This document shows positions 13,158-28,563 of a stretch of 64,000 nt of DNA, piece by piece; positions within the stretch are counted from its first letter, which is position 1, and each line of letters begins with the position of its first letter. Under the pieces are notes generated by a model. That model did no database searches. It was not told the origin of the DNA and saw only the letters and a list, made by a program, of their open reading frames with translations. Source of the DNA: Chiloscyllium plagiosum. Its lineage: Eukaryota. Position numbers and translations under genes: made by a program. Location: NCBI RefSeq assembly GCF_004010195.1, contig NC_057714.1, positions 48,147,576 to 48,211,575 on the forward strand. The letters run 5' to 3'.

Positions 13158-13862
13158 GCGAGATTTAAGAAGATTTGTAGCTCAGGTTGAGGTTCTAGAT
13201 GTCGGGTTGCTCGCTGAGCTGGAAGGTTAGTTTACAGACATTTTATCACCATACTAGGTAACATCATCAGTGAGCCTCTGGATGAAGCACTGGTGGCATG
13301 GCCCACTTTCTATATATGTGTTTGGGTTGCCAAGGGCTGGTGATGTCATTTCCTGTTGGTTTTCTCAGGGGGTGGTAAATGGGATCCAAGTCAATGTGTT
13401 TGTTGATAGAGTTCAGGTTGGAATGCCATGCTTCTACAAATTCTCGTGTGTCTTTGTTTGGCTTGTCCTAGGATAGACGTATTGTCCCAGTCGAAGTGCT
13501 GCCCTTCCTCATTGTATGTGAGGATACAAGTGAGAGAGGGTCATGTCTTTTTGTGGCTAGTTGGTGTTCCTGTATCCTGGTGGTTAGTTTTCTGCCTGTT
13601 TGCCCAATGTAATGTTTGTTACAATCCTTGCACAGTATTTTGTAAATGACATTAGTTTTGCTCGTTGTCTGTATAGGGTCTTTCAAGTTCTTTAGCTCCT
13701 GTTTTAGTGTGTTGGTGGGTTTGTGGGCTACCATGATGCTAAGGGGTCTGAGTACTCTGGCAGTCATCTCCAAAATGTCTTTGATGTAGGGGAGAGTGGC
13801 TAGGGTTTCTGGATGTGTTTTCTCTGCTTATTTGGGTTTGTTGCTGAGAAATCGGAGGACTG
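13158..13862 (-). mobile_element. Penelope-like element 3' part (GIY-YIG endonuclease and pLTR)
   Basis: ORF 13468-13773: KDPIQTTSKTNVIYKILCKDCNKHYIGQTGRKLTTRIQEHQ (VIY...YIG motif with CxxC); pLTR tail related to that at 3958. Confidence 0.9.
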
Positions 13863-15558
13863 TGTGGGGGAAACTATTTTTAAGGTGACAGGAGAATATT
13901 TATAAAGGATATTAGGGGCAACTTTATTTTTAGAGAGAGTAGTTGTATGTGGACTGAATTGAGAAATGGTGAATGCAGGTCCACCCAAACATTTAAAAGA
14001 CAGTTGGATAAGTACCAGTCCTTGAACAGGAAAGGTTTGGAGGAATTTCCATGCTGTATGACACTACAAACAAAAGTCAAATACAAAAGTAAAACATGGC
14101 AGATACTGGAAGTCTAAGATGAAATTAGAAAATGCTTGAAAAGTTCAGCAGGTCTGACAAAAATGTTGCAGCAAAAAAAAAACAATTAAGGTTTCACGTT
14201 AGTGATCTATCATCAGTATTCTGTTGAAAAGTTGTCAACTTGAAACATTAACTGTTTCTCTCTTCACAGGGACCACCACAGCTGTTAAGTGCTCCAAACA
14301 AAACTTAAAAGAAAGGAACCTACATGTACCTCCAGATTCAGAGTTCAGGTAGTTATTCCCCATTGTGTAACCCTCCAAAATATCAAAACTCGGGCAGACC
14401 CCATGTTGCACTGTCTAGTTAATGCATCATAATGCAGTGATCAGTATTGGAGTAGATCAATATGGCAGCCAATGCATCGCTCAATGAGTTGTCTAATATC
14501 TAAAGGCTTAGAGGTGATCAATGGTTTTGAGGTAAGCAGTTGCCAGTAACAGGCTTAATCTCTTTTAAATATTAAATATTGGTGCAGTAGGGATTGTACA
14601 TTCAGTCAGATTTTCCTTCAGTATTTTCAATGTTTTGACTGGAGATGGGAAGAACCACTTAAGAGATTTATCCTCTCTTAAATCTATCACAAATTATAAT
14701 GACTCAAATTATTCTAAGATTACAAGTCAAAAAGATTCTACTCGTTAACCTTTAGAGTACTTTATTCCCCTAAAGATGTACACAATACAAAAATATCGAA
14801 GATCTGATAATGGTTCTACACCTTAAACATGAATCTGCAATATTCTTTATTTTCTTGATGTTAAACGGCAATTTCATTAAGTTCAATACCTATGAAAAAA
14901 CTTTTCAGATGGCAGGGTTTCCCACCCTGTCACTCAAGGTTTCAGCAGGAATCATAGCAGCCTTACAGCTATTTGATACTTTGTAGTACTTCCATTTGTC
15001 ACTCTGACGAAAATCCTGCCTCAGAGAGCTGCCTGCCTATGTGACTGGCTAACAGCTCTGTCGTACCAGCAGTGGTGACCAGGACTGTGAATATTAGTTG
15101 TTCCCAAATTTTAAGCCCCATAGTCCAAGTCTAGCTAAGTACAGAGGTCTCACAATGGGGTGGAGAGGTGAGAACTAGGGGTATGAATCTTGATGGTGAA
15201 ACTGGAAGGGAAGGAGATTCTGTTAGGTAGCTGATGAAGAAAGGTGCCTATGAGAGAGTAACCCAATCCCCTTTGTAGGCCCAAGGCCTGAACAGGGTAT
15301 CATGCCACTTTCCCCCCCCGCCCCGCCCCAAACTCCTCCCACAGTGTCAAATATTTAGGATGGGTGGGAGGGGGGTACAGGGCCTCAATTGGGGTTAAAG
15401 TGGGCAGGTGTGTCTAGGTCTCTCCCACCACCATAAAATTGCAGACAGGGTCAGGGTGTGTCACCTGGGAACTTTTATGGGCCCTGCTGCCTGCAAGCAC
15501 ACCTCTGGGGACTGTAAACTTATAAATAATAATTGAAAGAACTGCAGATGCCGTAACT

Positions 15559-16866
15559 CATCCCTGTGCCTAAGACGACTCATGCAGCATGTCTCGATGA
15601 CTACCGCCCCAGTGGCCCCAACTTCGGTGGTCATGAAGTGCTTTGAAAGGCTGGTCATGGCATTAATCAACTCCAGCCTCCCCACTACTCTTGACCCACT
15701 CCAACTTGCCTATCAGACCAACAGATCCACATCAGATGCCATATCACATGCCCTTCGCTCCTCCCTAGGATATTTTGACACCAAGAACAGCTACATAAGA
15801 ATCATACTCATTGATTACAGTTCAGCCTTCAACACTATTATCCCCTCGAGACTGATTACTAAACTTAGTGATCTCGGACTAAGCCCCACTCTCTGCAACT
15901 GGATCCTCAGTTTCCTGACCCACAGGTCACAATTAGTGAAGACTGCGGACAATATTTCAGCCTCACTAATATTCAATAATGGAGCCCCCCCCCCCCCAGG
16001 GGTGCATACTCAGCCCCCTACTGTACTCACTGTATATCCATGACTGCGTCGTCAAACATCAGACAAGTTCGCTGATGACACCCCCATAGTCGATCGAATC
16101 TCAGATGGCGACAAAACAGACTACAGACCGGAGGTGGGAGACCTGAAAAAATGGTGCACTGAGAACAACCTAGCTCTCAATGCCAGCAAAACCAAGGAAC
16201 TCAGCAGGATGTTACTCATGCCCCCCTACACATTAACAGCACAGAGGTGGAACAAGTGGAGAGTGTCAAGCTCCTGGTAGTGGTCTTGGACTCTTCATGT
16301 GGATGCACTGGTTACAAAGGCCCAACAATGTCTTTTCTTCCTCAGGCAGATGAGGAAATTTGGAATGACAGCAAATACCCTTGCCAACTTTTATAGTTGC
16401 ACCATCGAGAGCATTCTATATGGATGTATCACTACCTGGTATGGCAACTGTACCATTTAAGATCAGAGACGGTTACAGAGAGTGGTGAACTTGGCCCGGA
16501 CAATCACAAAGGTCAACCTCTTATCTACAGAATCCATCTACCAGGCCCGCTGTCAAGGAAAGGCCGCTAGCATTCTCAAAGATCCATCCCACCCTGACAA
16601 TGTTTTTCTACAACCTCTACCATCAGAGAGAAGGTATAGAAGGCTGAACTCACACACCAGCCGGTTTTGAAACAGTTTCTACACCACTGTTGTTAGAATA
16701 CGGAATGGACTCACAAACGCTTAACACTCGCCTTTTTGTTTATGTCGCTGTTACCCATTATAAGCTTAACTATGCTACTTAACTATGTGATCTGCCTATA
16801 TTACTTGCAAGACAAAGCTTTTCACTGTGCCTCGGTACATGTGACAATAAATTCAATTCAATTCAA
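15559..16866 (+). mobile_element. 5'-truncated Rex1/Babar-clade LINE (RT remnant)
   Basis: TSVVMKCFERLV...LDPLQ...NRSTSDAI...IDYSSAFNTIIP...GAP(P)QG, then a KFADD motif near 16065; frameshifts; AATAAA(TTCAA)n tail. Confidence 0.85.
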
Positions 16867-17120
16867 TCAGAAACAAAACAGACATTGCTAGAAAAGCTTA
16901 GCAGGTCTGGCAGCATCTGTGGAGGAAAATCAGAGTTAACATTTCTGGTCAAGTGACCCTTCCTTAGAACTGTAAACTTCGAAATGTGATGTTCAGTAAG
17001 AACAGAGTGAAAATGGCTCTCAGTTATGTTCATAGTCTTCTGTGAAGCACTTAAGCAAGAGCACATGCATTATACAGGTGATGTACTAAAAGTACAAGTA
17101 GAGGCAAATGATGGACTTAC

Positions 17121-17228
17121 CATGATTGGTAGACTTTGCCTTTTGCTCCCTGTCCAACTGAAAACATTTGCAGCTTTGATATTTGCACGCAAGACATCAT
17201 TAATTATCTCTTAAACGACTCATTTCTT
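17121..17228 (-). other. Putative internal 5'UTR exon of the divergent transcript (108 nt, ends in ATG)
   Basis: Minus-strand acceptor ctttctcctttcag and consensus donor ATG|GTAAGT in non-repeat sequence; stops in all three frames near its start. Confidence 0.4.
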
Positions 17229-19199
17229 CTGAAAGGAGAAAGTGGCCCATGTCAGTTCTTTGAAAGCAAACAAATCTTTACCATCTAAAGACAAAAAGCT
17301 TCAACTACAAATTAGCAAAATAAGAAATAAATGTTTTAAAGAACCAACTATAAAAACAAAAAAAAGCAAGGACTGTGCTCTTTAATAGTAGCATCCGGCA
17401 TGTTAAACTGTGATTGCAAAATTGTAATTTTTCCTTCAGTGTTTTGCAGTGTATATATTGCAACCTGTGATAAACATAGTGTATAGCTACATGGCTGTAT
17501 GCTAACAGTTAGACTGCAGCATCTGTAATGTTAGACCATTTGGGATTAGGACCTGTTTGAAGGTTCTACTTAAGTCTAGGTCAACTATTATAGTGTAAAG
17601 ATAAAAATGATTGTGTGTCCGGTGTTCAATCCTCAACTATCTAAAGCTAAGAATCTGTTCATGGTATTTATACACAATCTGGAACTTGTAAAACTCGAAC
17701 ACATAGGATCATCAGATAAGATCCTATTTATAACTCAACCAATTGGTTAGCCTGCTCCTGACCCACCCCAAATATCTTTTCATCTAAGTTGAAATGGCTG
17801 TTAAAAGTGAAATGAGGAAATTAGAAAAACACATAAGTGACTAAGATCTAAAGTGCTCAGCCAGAATATGTGATGGAAGCAGCTTAACTCAATACAATCA
17901 AAATGAAATTACATGGTTATTTAAACAGGAACAACTTGTAGACGAACAGCAGAAAGGCAGAAGAACACACAAAGTGAGAAACTCATTTGGACTCCTTTTA
18001 CACCGTAACAATTCTACAATTCTTCAAACACCCATCCACATCATCAGCCACTCTCATTTCAATGCACTTATGGTTGAATTTTAGTGCAAATAAGGGTGGG
18101 ATGGGTTCGAGTCAGATATCAACATTTGTAACATCTGAATTCCAAACTACTTACTGGTTTTACACAGCTGGAATGGAGATAGTGGCCAATCCACTCTCTC
18201 ACAGTGGGTTGGTAAATTAAATATTTTAATGATGGTGCTGGAAGCCCTGACTTAACCTGTTTTTCCAGTGAACTACCTTATTTTCCAGACCTTGAATGCC
18301 AACATTATGCTACTAACTAACACTTACACAGCCATAATCAGCTCACCAAAGCTCAATCTAAGTTCTGGTAGAACTACTCAGCTCCAAATCTTGATACAGC
18401 ATCAATCCAAAAATGAACAGGAGCTGAATTCCAGAGGTGAGTGAAAGTGACTGCACTTGACATTAAGACAACATTATCTACAAATGGATCACCAAAATGT
18501 CCTCATAAAATAGAAGTTAATATCAATCATGGGAATACTCTCGAATGGATTGGAGTCATATTTAACACAAGAAAGATGGTTATGCTTATTGGCTATAAAT
18601 TTCTTAGCTTCACGCCATTACTGCAGGAGTTTCTCAAGGAAGAATCCTAATCCCACCCATCTTCAGCTAACTCGTCAATGACCTTCCATTCACCAGAAGG
18701 TCAGAAATGGGCTAGCACTAAAAATCGTTTTTTCTGACCATTATGACATGGGACTGAAAATGGTGTTTCCTACAACAATGACTACACTTGAAAACTACTT
18801 CATCAGCCACAAATCACTTTGAACATGTGGAGCTTGGAAGGCATTGTATAAATGCAAATCTAATTTGTCCAATGATTCATACCAAACTATAATGTTCACA
18901 GTCAAAACATTATCTACAGAAAACAGAGTTTCCAATGTAAATCCTTTCACTGATTTAAAAAAAAAATTAACCACCTCAAGAACATCACATTTCATCCTGA
19001 AATTAGCCCATCTACCATTGAAGCTCTCACACATGCAGTCAACAATTCTATCTCACTACTCCAATGTTCCCTCTGTTTGCCTCCTACTTTTGAGCCTCAA
19101 GAAGTTCCAAACAAAATTGCTCCTAATAGCCAATTGCACACAAGGTGACTCTTGGTTCTTGAAGCCTCCAAATTAAATTAATTCCCTGTCTATTAAGTG

Positions 19200-19560
19200 T
19201 CAACCATGGCTTAGTGGCAGCACTCTGTGGATCAGATTGTTGTGGCTCCAACACCAACGACCACATAATCCAGTTGAAACTCATGATGAAATATTGAGAG
19301 TGTTCCATTGTCAAAGCAGGCGTCTTTTCCACTGAGACACACAGTTAAGGGCTAAATGTTCTCTCTGGCAGACCTAAAATATCTGAATGGTATAATTTCA
19401 AAAAAGAACATCGGAGTTTCTCTCTAATGTCTTAGCCAACACTTACCCTTCAATTAATTTAAAAAAACAAATTCACTCATCATCAGCACATTTCTGTGCA
19501 AGAGTTCTTGCTATGTGTAAGTGGTTGCTGTATTTTCATTATAGCAAATCAAAAAAGTAT
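19200..19560 (+). mobile_element. Old Deu-domain-type SINE (SacSINE1/AmnSINE1-like); related copies ~3430-3710 (+), 27900-28200 (-), 60830-61180 (-)
   Basis: Decayed tRNA-like head TGGCTTAGTGGCAGCAC and recurrent ...GAAGA..GGAGTT..CC..TGTC.T.GCCAACA.TTA.CC.TCAA motif in several copies. Confidence 0.5.
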
Positions 19561-21739
19561 TAATCTTTCCTCCCCTTTAAATGTTTCTGTGTCCACATCT
19601 CACATAACTAGTTAGCCTATTTTCTCAATGATTTATCTTTGCTCATAACACATACCCTTAGTCAAAATCTTCATTCCTCTAATTTATTTTGCAGTGTTCC
19701 TCCCAAATATCCTTTTCCTGCAACTACTTCTCCAGACTACTTTCTCTAAACTCATCTGCCCCTCAAACTTCCTGTTCACATTGAAATCCACCCTACAAGC
19801 ATTTTGTTAGTAACTCTTACTAGTAACTATAGGCCGGTGAGTCTCACTTCTGTTGTGGGCAAAGTCTTAGAGAGAATAGTAAGGGATAGGATTTATGGCT
19901 CTGCATTTATTTTCTCATGTCTTGTAGCATAGTTTTATATTAAGGGAGGCATATGATTGTTGCCAGAATAACTAAGTCAGGATAATGATAAGAATAGTTG
20001 GGAGAATTGATGAATAGGTTTGAGCTAAGTGGGAATGATATTTTGGTGGATATGAAGAACCTCTAAGGCAGAGAAGTTGAGGTGTTCAGTGTGGAGAATG
20101 AACTTGAGGAGTAAGGAAAGTGGAACTGGAATCAACAGCCATGCTGATACCACTGTGGCTGAACACAGCCACATGGCAGATATTCAATTTGAGAAACAAA
20201 CCATTGTGGACTAGTCAGGCTCTTGATCAAACTTATTTATCATTGTGTTGTGATTAGCTAAGCAAACCTTTCTTAACCCCATAAAGAAAAGGATCTTTCT
20301 TCTTCTGGCAACTGAGTCATCTATATTAACTAAAGTGACAATACATGCTAAATCATGCAAAACATCTGTTGATCTCAGTCTTGAAAATTCCACTTGTTCA
20401 ATATCCACAAAGTTTTGATGGAAGAGAAATCCAGATTTCTATTACTCCATGTGTTTTTTTTTTCGTATTTCATTAAAAATGGTCCTATTTGAATTTTAGG
20501 ATCGTGACCCCTCCTTCATGGCCACAGAGCTCCCAGTATCTACCCAGATTGAATTCCTAAACATTTTAAACACCTTCTCTGGATCACTTTAAACATAAGG
20601 AAATACAAAGGATGTTTACGCAATCTGCTCTTATGACATAATTCTTTAAGCCCCAGGTTGTGCAGAAGTGATCTTGAGGCACAATGATAGAGTACTTCCT
20701 CTGAGCCAGAAGCTCAGATTCAAGTCTCATTCAGAGTTGATAGCCAAGGAAGATATATTTAACACAATCAAACTGGTTGAGTATCATATTTTAAGTCACG
20801 CACAAATTGCAGTATGAGTGGAAGAAATTCCTAGCCAGCCATATGAGCCTCTACCATTACTATTCATAATTCCAGGCTACAGTATGCATGTAAAAAAAAG
20901 TATGTTTCCACTGCAACTTGGACCCTTGAGGCTGGTTAGTTGGACATCCAATGTGAACCAGATTGGTGCCAACAGCATGTTGGTTCAATCTGCCCTCTGA
21001 CTGAGATGGACTGGTACCTACTTCCTGTCCTTCTGTGTTGGAGGTCAAGGCACTGAGGACCAGACCCGCCTTCGAGCAAAGAACTCAAGGTGAAGACTGC
21101 CATGCTGGGGATTATATCACATTCTAAGTCCAATTTTCATGAGGCAGTGTTCAGAATGGCACACAATACAACAAATTACCTAATTAATCTAACTCCAAAA
21201 CAATGTAACAACGTTCTCTCCAATTCCATATAATTTAAAGTTTTGTTCAAATCAACTAGTCAGACCTGACCTACCCTTTACAAAACTACGTCAATGATCG
21301 GATTGTGCACCTCAAAGGACTGAGTGATATGGTCTGTCATGATACATTCCACAAACTGCTCCCCACAAGTGACAATAAACTGACAATTTTGATTTTCTCA
21401 TTTCCCCTTCTCTATTTACTTTGAGGAAGTGATAGTCACAGCTTTCCACTTCAAGAACACTATTTCTGAATCCAGAGGGCTTGGAAAATTTGACAAACAA
21501 AGCTATAATTTCCTCACATTTTTTCTTAACGCTGTATCTCGTGTGGAAGTTGTCAGATTCAAGAGATATGCTTATCCCAAATTCTTTTACTTTCTCTAAA
21601 AGCATTTTTTTCCCAAAATCTTGTCTTAAGTCTTGAAAATTCTTCCCTTGGCTTATTTTTTTAAAATATTTTCATGGCTTACATTTTAGATTTCAAAGAT
21701 CTGCTGGCATTTTGTCCTCCTCTTCAATCATAAGGAGCC

Positions 21740-22070
21740 ATAGATAACAAAGGACAATCGGCATATCTCAACAAACAAAGGCCCAATAACCTCCACAGGT
21801 GTTTGAGATGTATCCTTAACATCACATGAAATGAACAAGACATCTGAGGCACAAATGCCAAATATATAGTACTAATCAAGCAGAGATGGGAGCACTAGCT
21901 TCAACATATGCACAAGGTGGAACACAACCACATTCCCAAAGTTGTGTTATGCAGAGAGACATCCTGTACTAAGTGACCTATGGGGTGCCCAAGGCAGTGA
22001 TTCAAGGATGTGTCAAAAGAGATATGAAGGACCTCAACATCAATCACAAAAGTAGAAAACTCCAGTTAAC
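21740..22070 (+). mobile_element. Degenerate RTE-clade LINE 3' remnant (related copy ~44320-44540 on -)
   Basis: Fragments translate as HRCLRCILNIT..., HIPKVVL..., FKDVSKRDMKDLNI, typical of RTE ORF C-termini. Confidence 0.5.
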
Positions 22071-22104
22071 AACTGATACAGAATCACAAAACTGATGCAA
22101 CACA

Positions 22105-22900
22105 GTAACATAGAACACAGAACAATACGGCACAAAATCAGACCTCTTTGTCCATCATTTCAATGCTGATCATGATGGCATTCTGCTATATGTGGTCCAT
22201 GTCCCTCTATTTAATACCTGTTCTTGAGTCTGTCTAATACCTCTTAAACTTTGCTAATGTATATACTTCTACCACATCCCCTGGCAGCATGTTTAAGGGA
22301 CCTACCACCATCTGTGTAAAAAATATTCCTTACACATCTCTTTTAAACTTTCCCCGACACACTTTAAACTTATGCTCCAATTAAGCCCATTGTGTCAGTG
22401 TTGTTTCTCCAAATGAGCATCACATTTCGTGCCATTCTCCTGTCTTTTCCCAGAATATCTAAATCCCTTCTGAACGTCTTCATTGGATTTACTTCCACTG
22501 CACTCACTGGCAATGCATTCCAGACCCTTGCTGCTTGAAATTGTTCTTCCCATATTATTTGTGTTTCTTTCACTAAATACTTTAAAAACCGTGCTCTCTT
22601 GTTCTTAATCCTTGCACGATGGGAAAATTTTCTCCGTATTTATTCTGTCTAGACCACTCATGACTTTGACTATTTCCATCACATCACTTTCAGCCAACCT
22701 TTTGTCAAGGAGGACAGACTCAGCTTCTCTGATTTATCTTAATTAGAACCATTCACGTAAACCTCTTCTGCAATCTCTTTTATTCCTTTACATTCTTTAG
22801 AAAGCGCAGTGCCCAGAACAGGATATAATACCCGCTCTGATGCCAAACTAGGGACTTACAAAAGTTAAATATAGCCTTATTCTTGCAAACAATGTCACTA
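22105..22900 (-). mobile_element. CR1 LINE 3' fragments
   Basis: (CATAGAA)-type tail and RVWNALP motif on the minus strand. Confidence 0.65.
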
Positions 22901-23769
22901 TTAATATAAAGCAGATGCTAACCCTACAAATAAAGTGTCAATAGTGATCATCCCGGAGTACCAGTAAGGGACAGCTTCACATGTAGTACCTGTAAAAGAC
23001 TTTGCCTTTCCACAAACAAAAACAGAAATAGCTGGAAAAGCTCAGCAGGTCTGGCAGCATCTGTGAAGAGAAATCAAAGTTAATGTTTCGGGTCCAATGA
23101 CCCTTACTCAGAGCTTCCAAAATCAGCCAGTTCACCTAGTTTAAAGGTATTAGGACCCACTCAATAGAGCATGCTGATTCTCAAGCCCTGTTACTCATGG
23201 GGTCATCACAAAAGGTTAATGATTTATTCGAAGTATATAAAGTCCCCAATTCACCCGTCTAGTGGAATCAGGTTAACTGAAAACATTGAGCAGACACGTG
23301 CACTTAACAAGAACATATATTCATTACAAATAGATTCTAGCCACATGTCATCAAAATTATGAATTATAAACATATAACTCTACTAGTTGAAACTCTTAAC
23401 TCCATTTTAAAATATCAATACAGACAAATATAAACACAAAGAAACAGGATGGTTGGAAAAATAAAATGAGGGGAAAATAAAGTTCAATAGCACTAGTTCA
23501 CAGCGTTGATGAGATTTTCCTTTTGCTTCCACTTTTGATCTTCACTTTGAGTATTTATGATTTTATTTAAAACATCTTGTCCACATCCACTTTTCTCTTC
23601 ATTTGTGGAAATCTCTCCTTTCAGCTGAGTTCTGAATCTCACCTCATTTACTTAAAAGCTGAGAGAAGACTGATGTCTTTGAGGAATATGGACTGGTTTT
23701 GTCATTAGAACATTTACATGTTTCAATACTTCTTCCTGTTACTTATAAGTTTGCCCATTAACAATTCAG

Positions 23770-24730
23770 CCTTAAAAATATGCCCCGAGTCTTGAAATCC
23801 CTCTCTCTCGAGAAAAGACACCTGCCATTCACCTAACCTATACCTTTCATTATTTTATAAACCTCTTTAAGGTCACCTCTCAACCTCCTGCGCTCCAGTG
23901 AAAAAATTCCCAGCCTATCCAGCCTCTCATAGAGTCAGAGATGTACAGCATGGAAACAGACCCTTCGGTCCAACTTGTCCATGCTGACCACATATCCTAA
24001 ATTAATCTAGTCCCATTTGCCAGCACTTGGCCCATATCCCTCTAAACCCTTCCTATTCATATACACATCCAGATGCCTTTTAAATGTTGTACCAGCCACC
24101 ACCAACTCTGACAGCTCATTCCATACATGGAGGAGAAAGTGAGGTCTGCAGATGCTGGAGATCAAAGTTGAAACTTTATTGCTGGAACAGCACAGCAGGT
24201 CAGGCAGCATCCAGGGAACAGGAGATTCGACGTTTCGGGCACAGGCCCTCATTCCATACATGCACCACCCTCTGCATGGAAAAATTTGCCCTATGTCCCT
24301 TTTAAATTTTTCCTCTCTCTCCTTAAACCTTCATTCTCTAGCTCTGGACCTCCCCAACCCTCATGATTTTATAAACCTCTAAGTTTTCTTAGCTTCCAAT
24401 GCTCCAAGGAAAATAGTCTCATCCTATACAACCTCTCCAGACAGCTCAAACCTCCAATTCTTGTAAATCTTTTTTGAACCCTTCCAAGTTTCACAACATC
24501 CTTTCTATAGGAGGTAGACCAGAATTGTACACAATATTTCAGAAGTGGCCTAACCAGTATCCTCTACAGCCACAACATGACCTCCTAACCGCTATACTCA
24601 ATGTGCTGACCAATAAAGGAAAGTATATCAAAGGATTTCTTCACTATTCTATCTACCCGTGACTCTACTTTCAAGGAACAATGAACCTGAACTCCAAGGT
24701 CTCTTTGTTCGGCAATAATCCCCAGGATCA
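23770..24730 (-). mobile_element. Nested CR1 (HER1-like) LINE fragments with an inserted Penelope-derived short element
   Basis: HVWNELS...TFKRHLD..MNRKGLEGYGPSAGKWD* on the minus strand; insertion 24130-24247 with 15-bp TSD. Confidence 0.8.
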
Positions 24731-24926
24731 CTTCATCCAAGAAGCTCATTGACTGAATGTTTGAACTGCTTCTAATGAAATTATACTCTAAAGTAAGGAG
24801 CAGGATTCAGACTTGACGAATTTATTCCTTCTGGTGTAACAAACACAAAGAAAGGATTGGACTTTTATGGTAGCAGACCCAAAACTAAAGGATAGTTCTC
24901 GAAGTCAGCATATACCACAGTAATCA

Positions 24927-26395
<1,469 letters not shown>

Positions 26396-26739
26396 CCTCA
26401 AGAGAGGGGGAAGACTGAAAAGAATTTTGTCGACTAGATGTGAACTACAAGTTTAGTTCAGTGTAAATACTTCATTTTTTAAATTTAACCTGTGAGGGTC
26501 AGTGTAGACTTGTTCTCCTTGTGTCAGTGGAATAAAGCATCTCTGCTTCATGATTTTCGGCTTGTATATATGTTTAATTGCCACAATACACCAACAGGTT
26601 TAATTATTTGATGGTTTCCTTCTTGCCACTACTGTTAACTTGTCACCAATTTAAACACTTTAACATGACATTTGTCCTTGGCAATTTTGATGTTACTGCA
26701 GCAAATTGTTCTGAATACTTTGTCTAAAATCACATCAAA

Positions 26740-27885
26740 TAAATCGTATGGATGGAGGATTGGCTGATTGGCAGAAGGCAGACAGTAGGGATATTTTCCA
26801 GGCTGGCAGCTGGTGACAAGTGGAGTTGCACAGAGGCCCATGTTGAGACAACAACTATTTATGTTATACATTAACGATCTGAATGGAGGAACAGAGTATT
26901 GTGGCTAAGTCTGCATATACACAGAGTGATGGAGGGACAGGCAGTGTTGAGGAAGAGGAAAGGCTGCAGAAGAATTAGACAGGCTAGGAGAGTGGGGAAA
27001 GAAGTGACAGATGGAATACGATGTAGGAAAGTGTGAAGTTGCACATTTTGTTAGGATGAATAGAGGTGTAAACTAAATAGGCCAGAGCATTGTAAATCTG
27101 AAGCACAAAGGGACTTGGGAGTCCTAGTTCAGGGTTCTCTTTAGTTTAACATGCAGATTCACTTGGCAGTAAGGAAGGCAAATAAAAAAAATCAGCTTTC
27201 ATTTCAAAAAGGCTAGAATAAAAGATTAGGGATGTACTGATGAGCCTAAGACTCTGGTCAGACTGCATTTTGAACATTGTGAGGGTCAGTGTAGACTTGT
27301 TAGGCCAAAGGGCCTGTTTCAACACTGTATTAATTTATCAATATCTACATTTTGGGCCCCATAGCAAAGAAAGGTTATGCTTCATTGGAGAGGGTCCAGA
27401 GGAGGTGTATGAGAATGATTCTGGGGATGATGGGCTTGTCACAGGAGGAGTGGTTGAGGATTCTGGGTGGCAGAATACTTGATGGCATTCAGAAGGCTGA
27501 GGGTGGATTTCATTGAAAGTTACAGAATACTGAAAAGCCTGGATAGAGTCGCAATGGATGAGATGTTTCCACTAGTAGGAGAGACTAGGACCCAAGGGCA
27601 CAGCCCTCAAATGAAATGATGGTCCTTTAGTACTGAGATGAAATTCTTCAGCCAGAGAGTGGTTAATCTATTGAACTCATTGCTGCAGAGAGTTGTGGAG
27701 GCCAAATCATTGAGTGCACTTAAGACAGAGATAGATATGTCCTTGATTGGTAAGGGGATTGAGAGTTATAATGGGGGAATAGGGCAGGATAATGGGGTTG
27801 AGAAACATATGAGCCATGACTGAATGGCTGGTGAAGCAGACTCGATGAGCCAAATGGCCTTATTCTGCCCCTATCGCTTATGATC
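26740..27885 (+). mobile_element. Degenerate CR1 LINE RT-to-3' fragment
   Basis: GVAQRP.L..QLFMLYINDL..., FFSQRVVNL.NSL motifs; CR1 3' UTR. Confidence 0.8.
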
Positions 27886-28563
27886 TTAAGGTCTGTATGG
27901 TATGTCGGAACACAGCTGCTAACTTGTATTAAGTAGCTTTCACTAACGGGGAGATGGAAACGAATCGCTCCATTTTGTGAAATGTTGGCCAAAGCATGGG
28001 ATGATCTATTGGCTTTTCTTCAAATTGTGCAACAGAATATTTAACGTTCATCTGACAGCCCTAGTTGCAATGACACCTCCAACAACACAGCATTTTCTTA
28101 GTTGTAGAAAGCACCAACCAATCAAGATTTTGTACTCAACTTAATTATCAAATAAGGTCTAAAATTACAACTTTCTGATTCGGAACGATATTACTTTTAC
28201 GGGATCAAAATGTTATTTGCATGCATATATTAAGTTTAAAAATTCAAAACCAATCAAGCAATTTTCATTAATTGGGTGTGGTTTGAGCTTGTCCTCAGAT
28301 TCTTCAACTCTCAAATGCCAGTGAAGTATTAAGTTCAAAACGTTTGGCATATTAAACACATTATCATACTATCCATAGGACTATATCGGTAAACAAATAA
28401 TTGTACTTTTCCCCTTAGTCAAATAAAACAATTTACCAATTTTACGCTACACACCTTTGAACACCAAAAGCGAGAACTTCATTGAAAATTAAAAGAAGTT
28501 CTAATTAAAAAGATTTCATTTGCGATCACTATCTCTCAAGTTCAATAGTTGGACTTTATTTAC

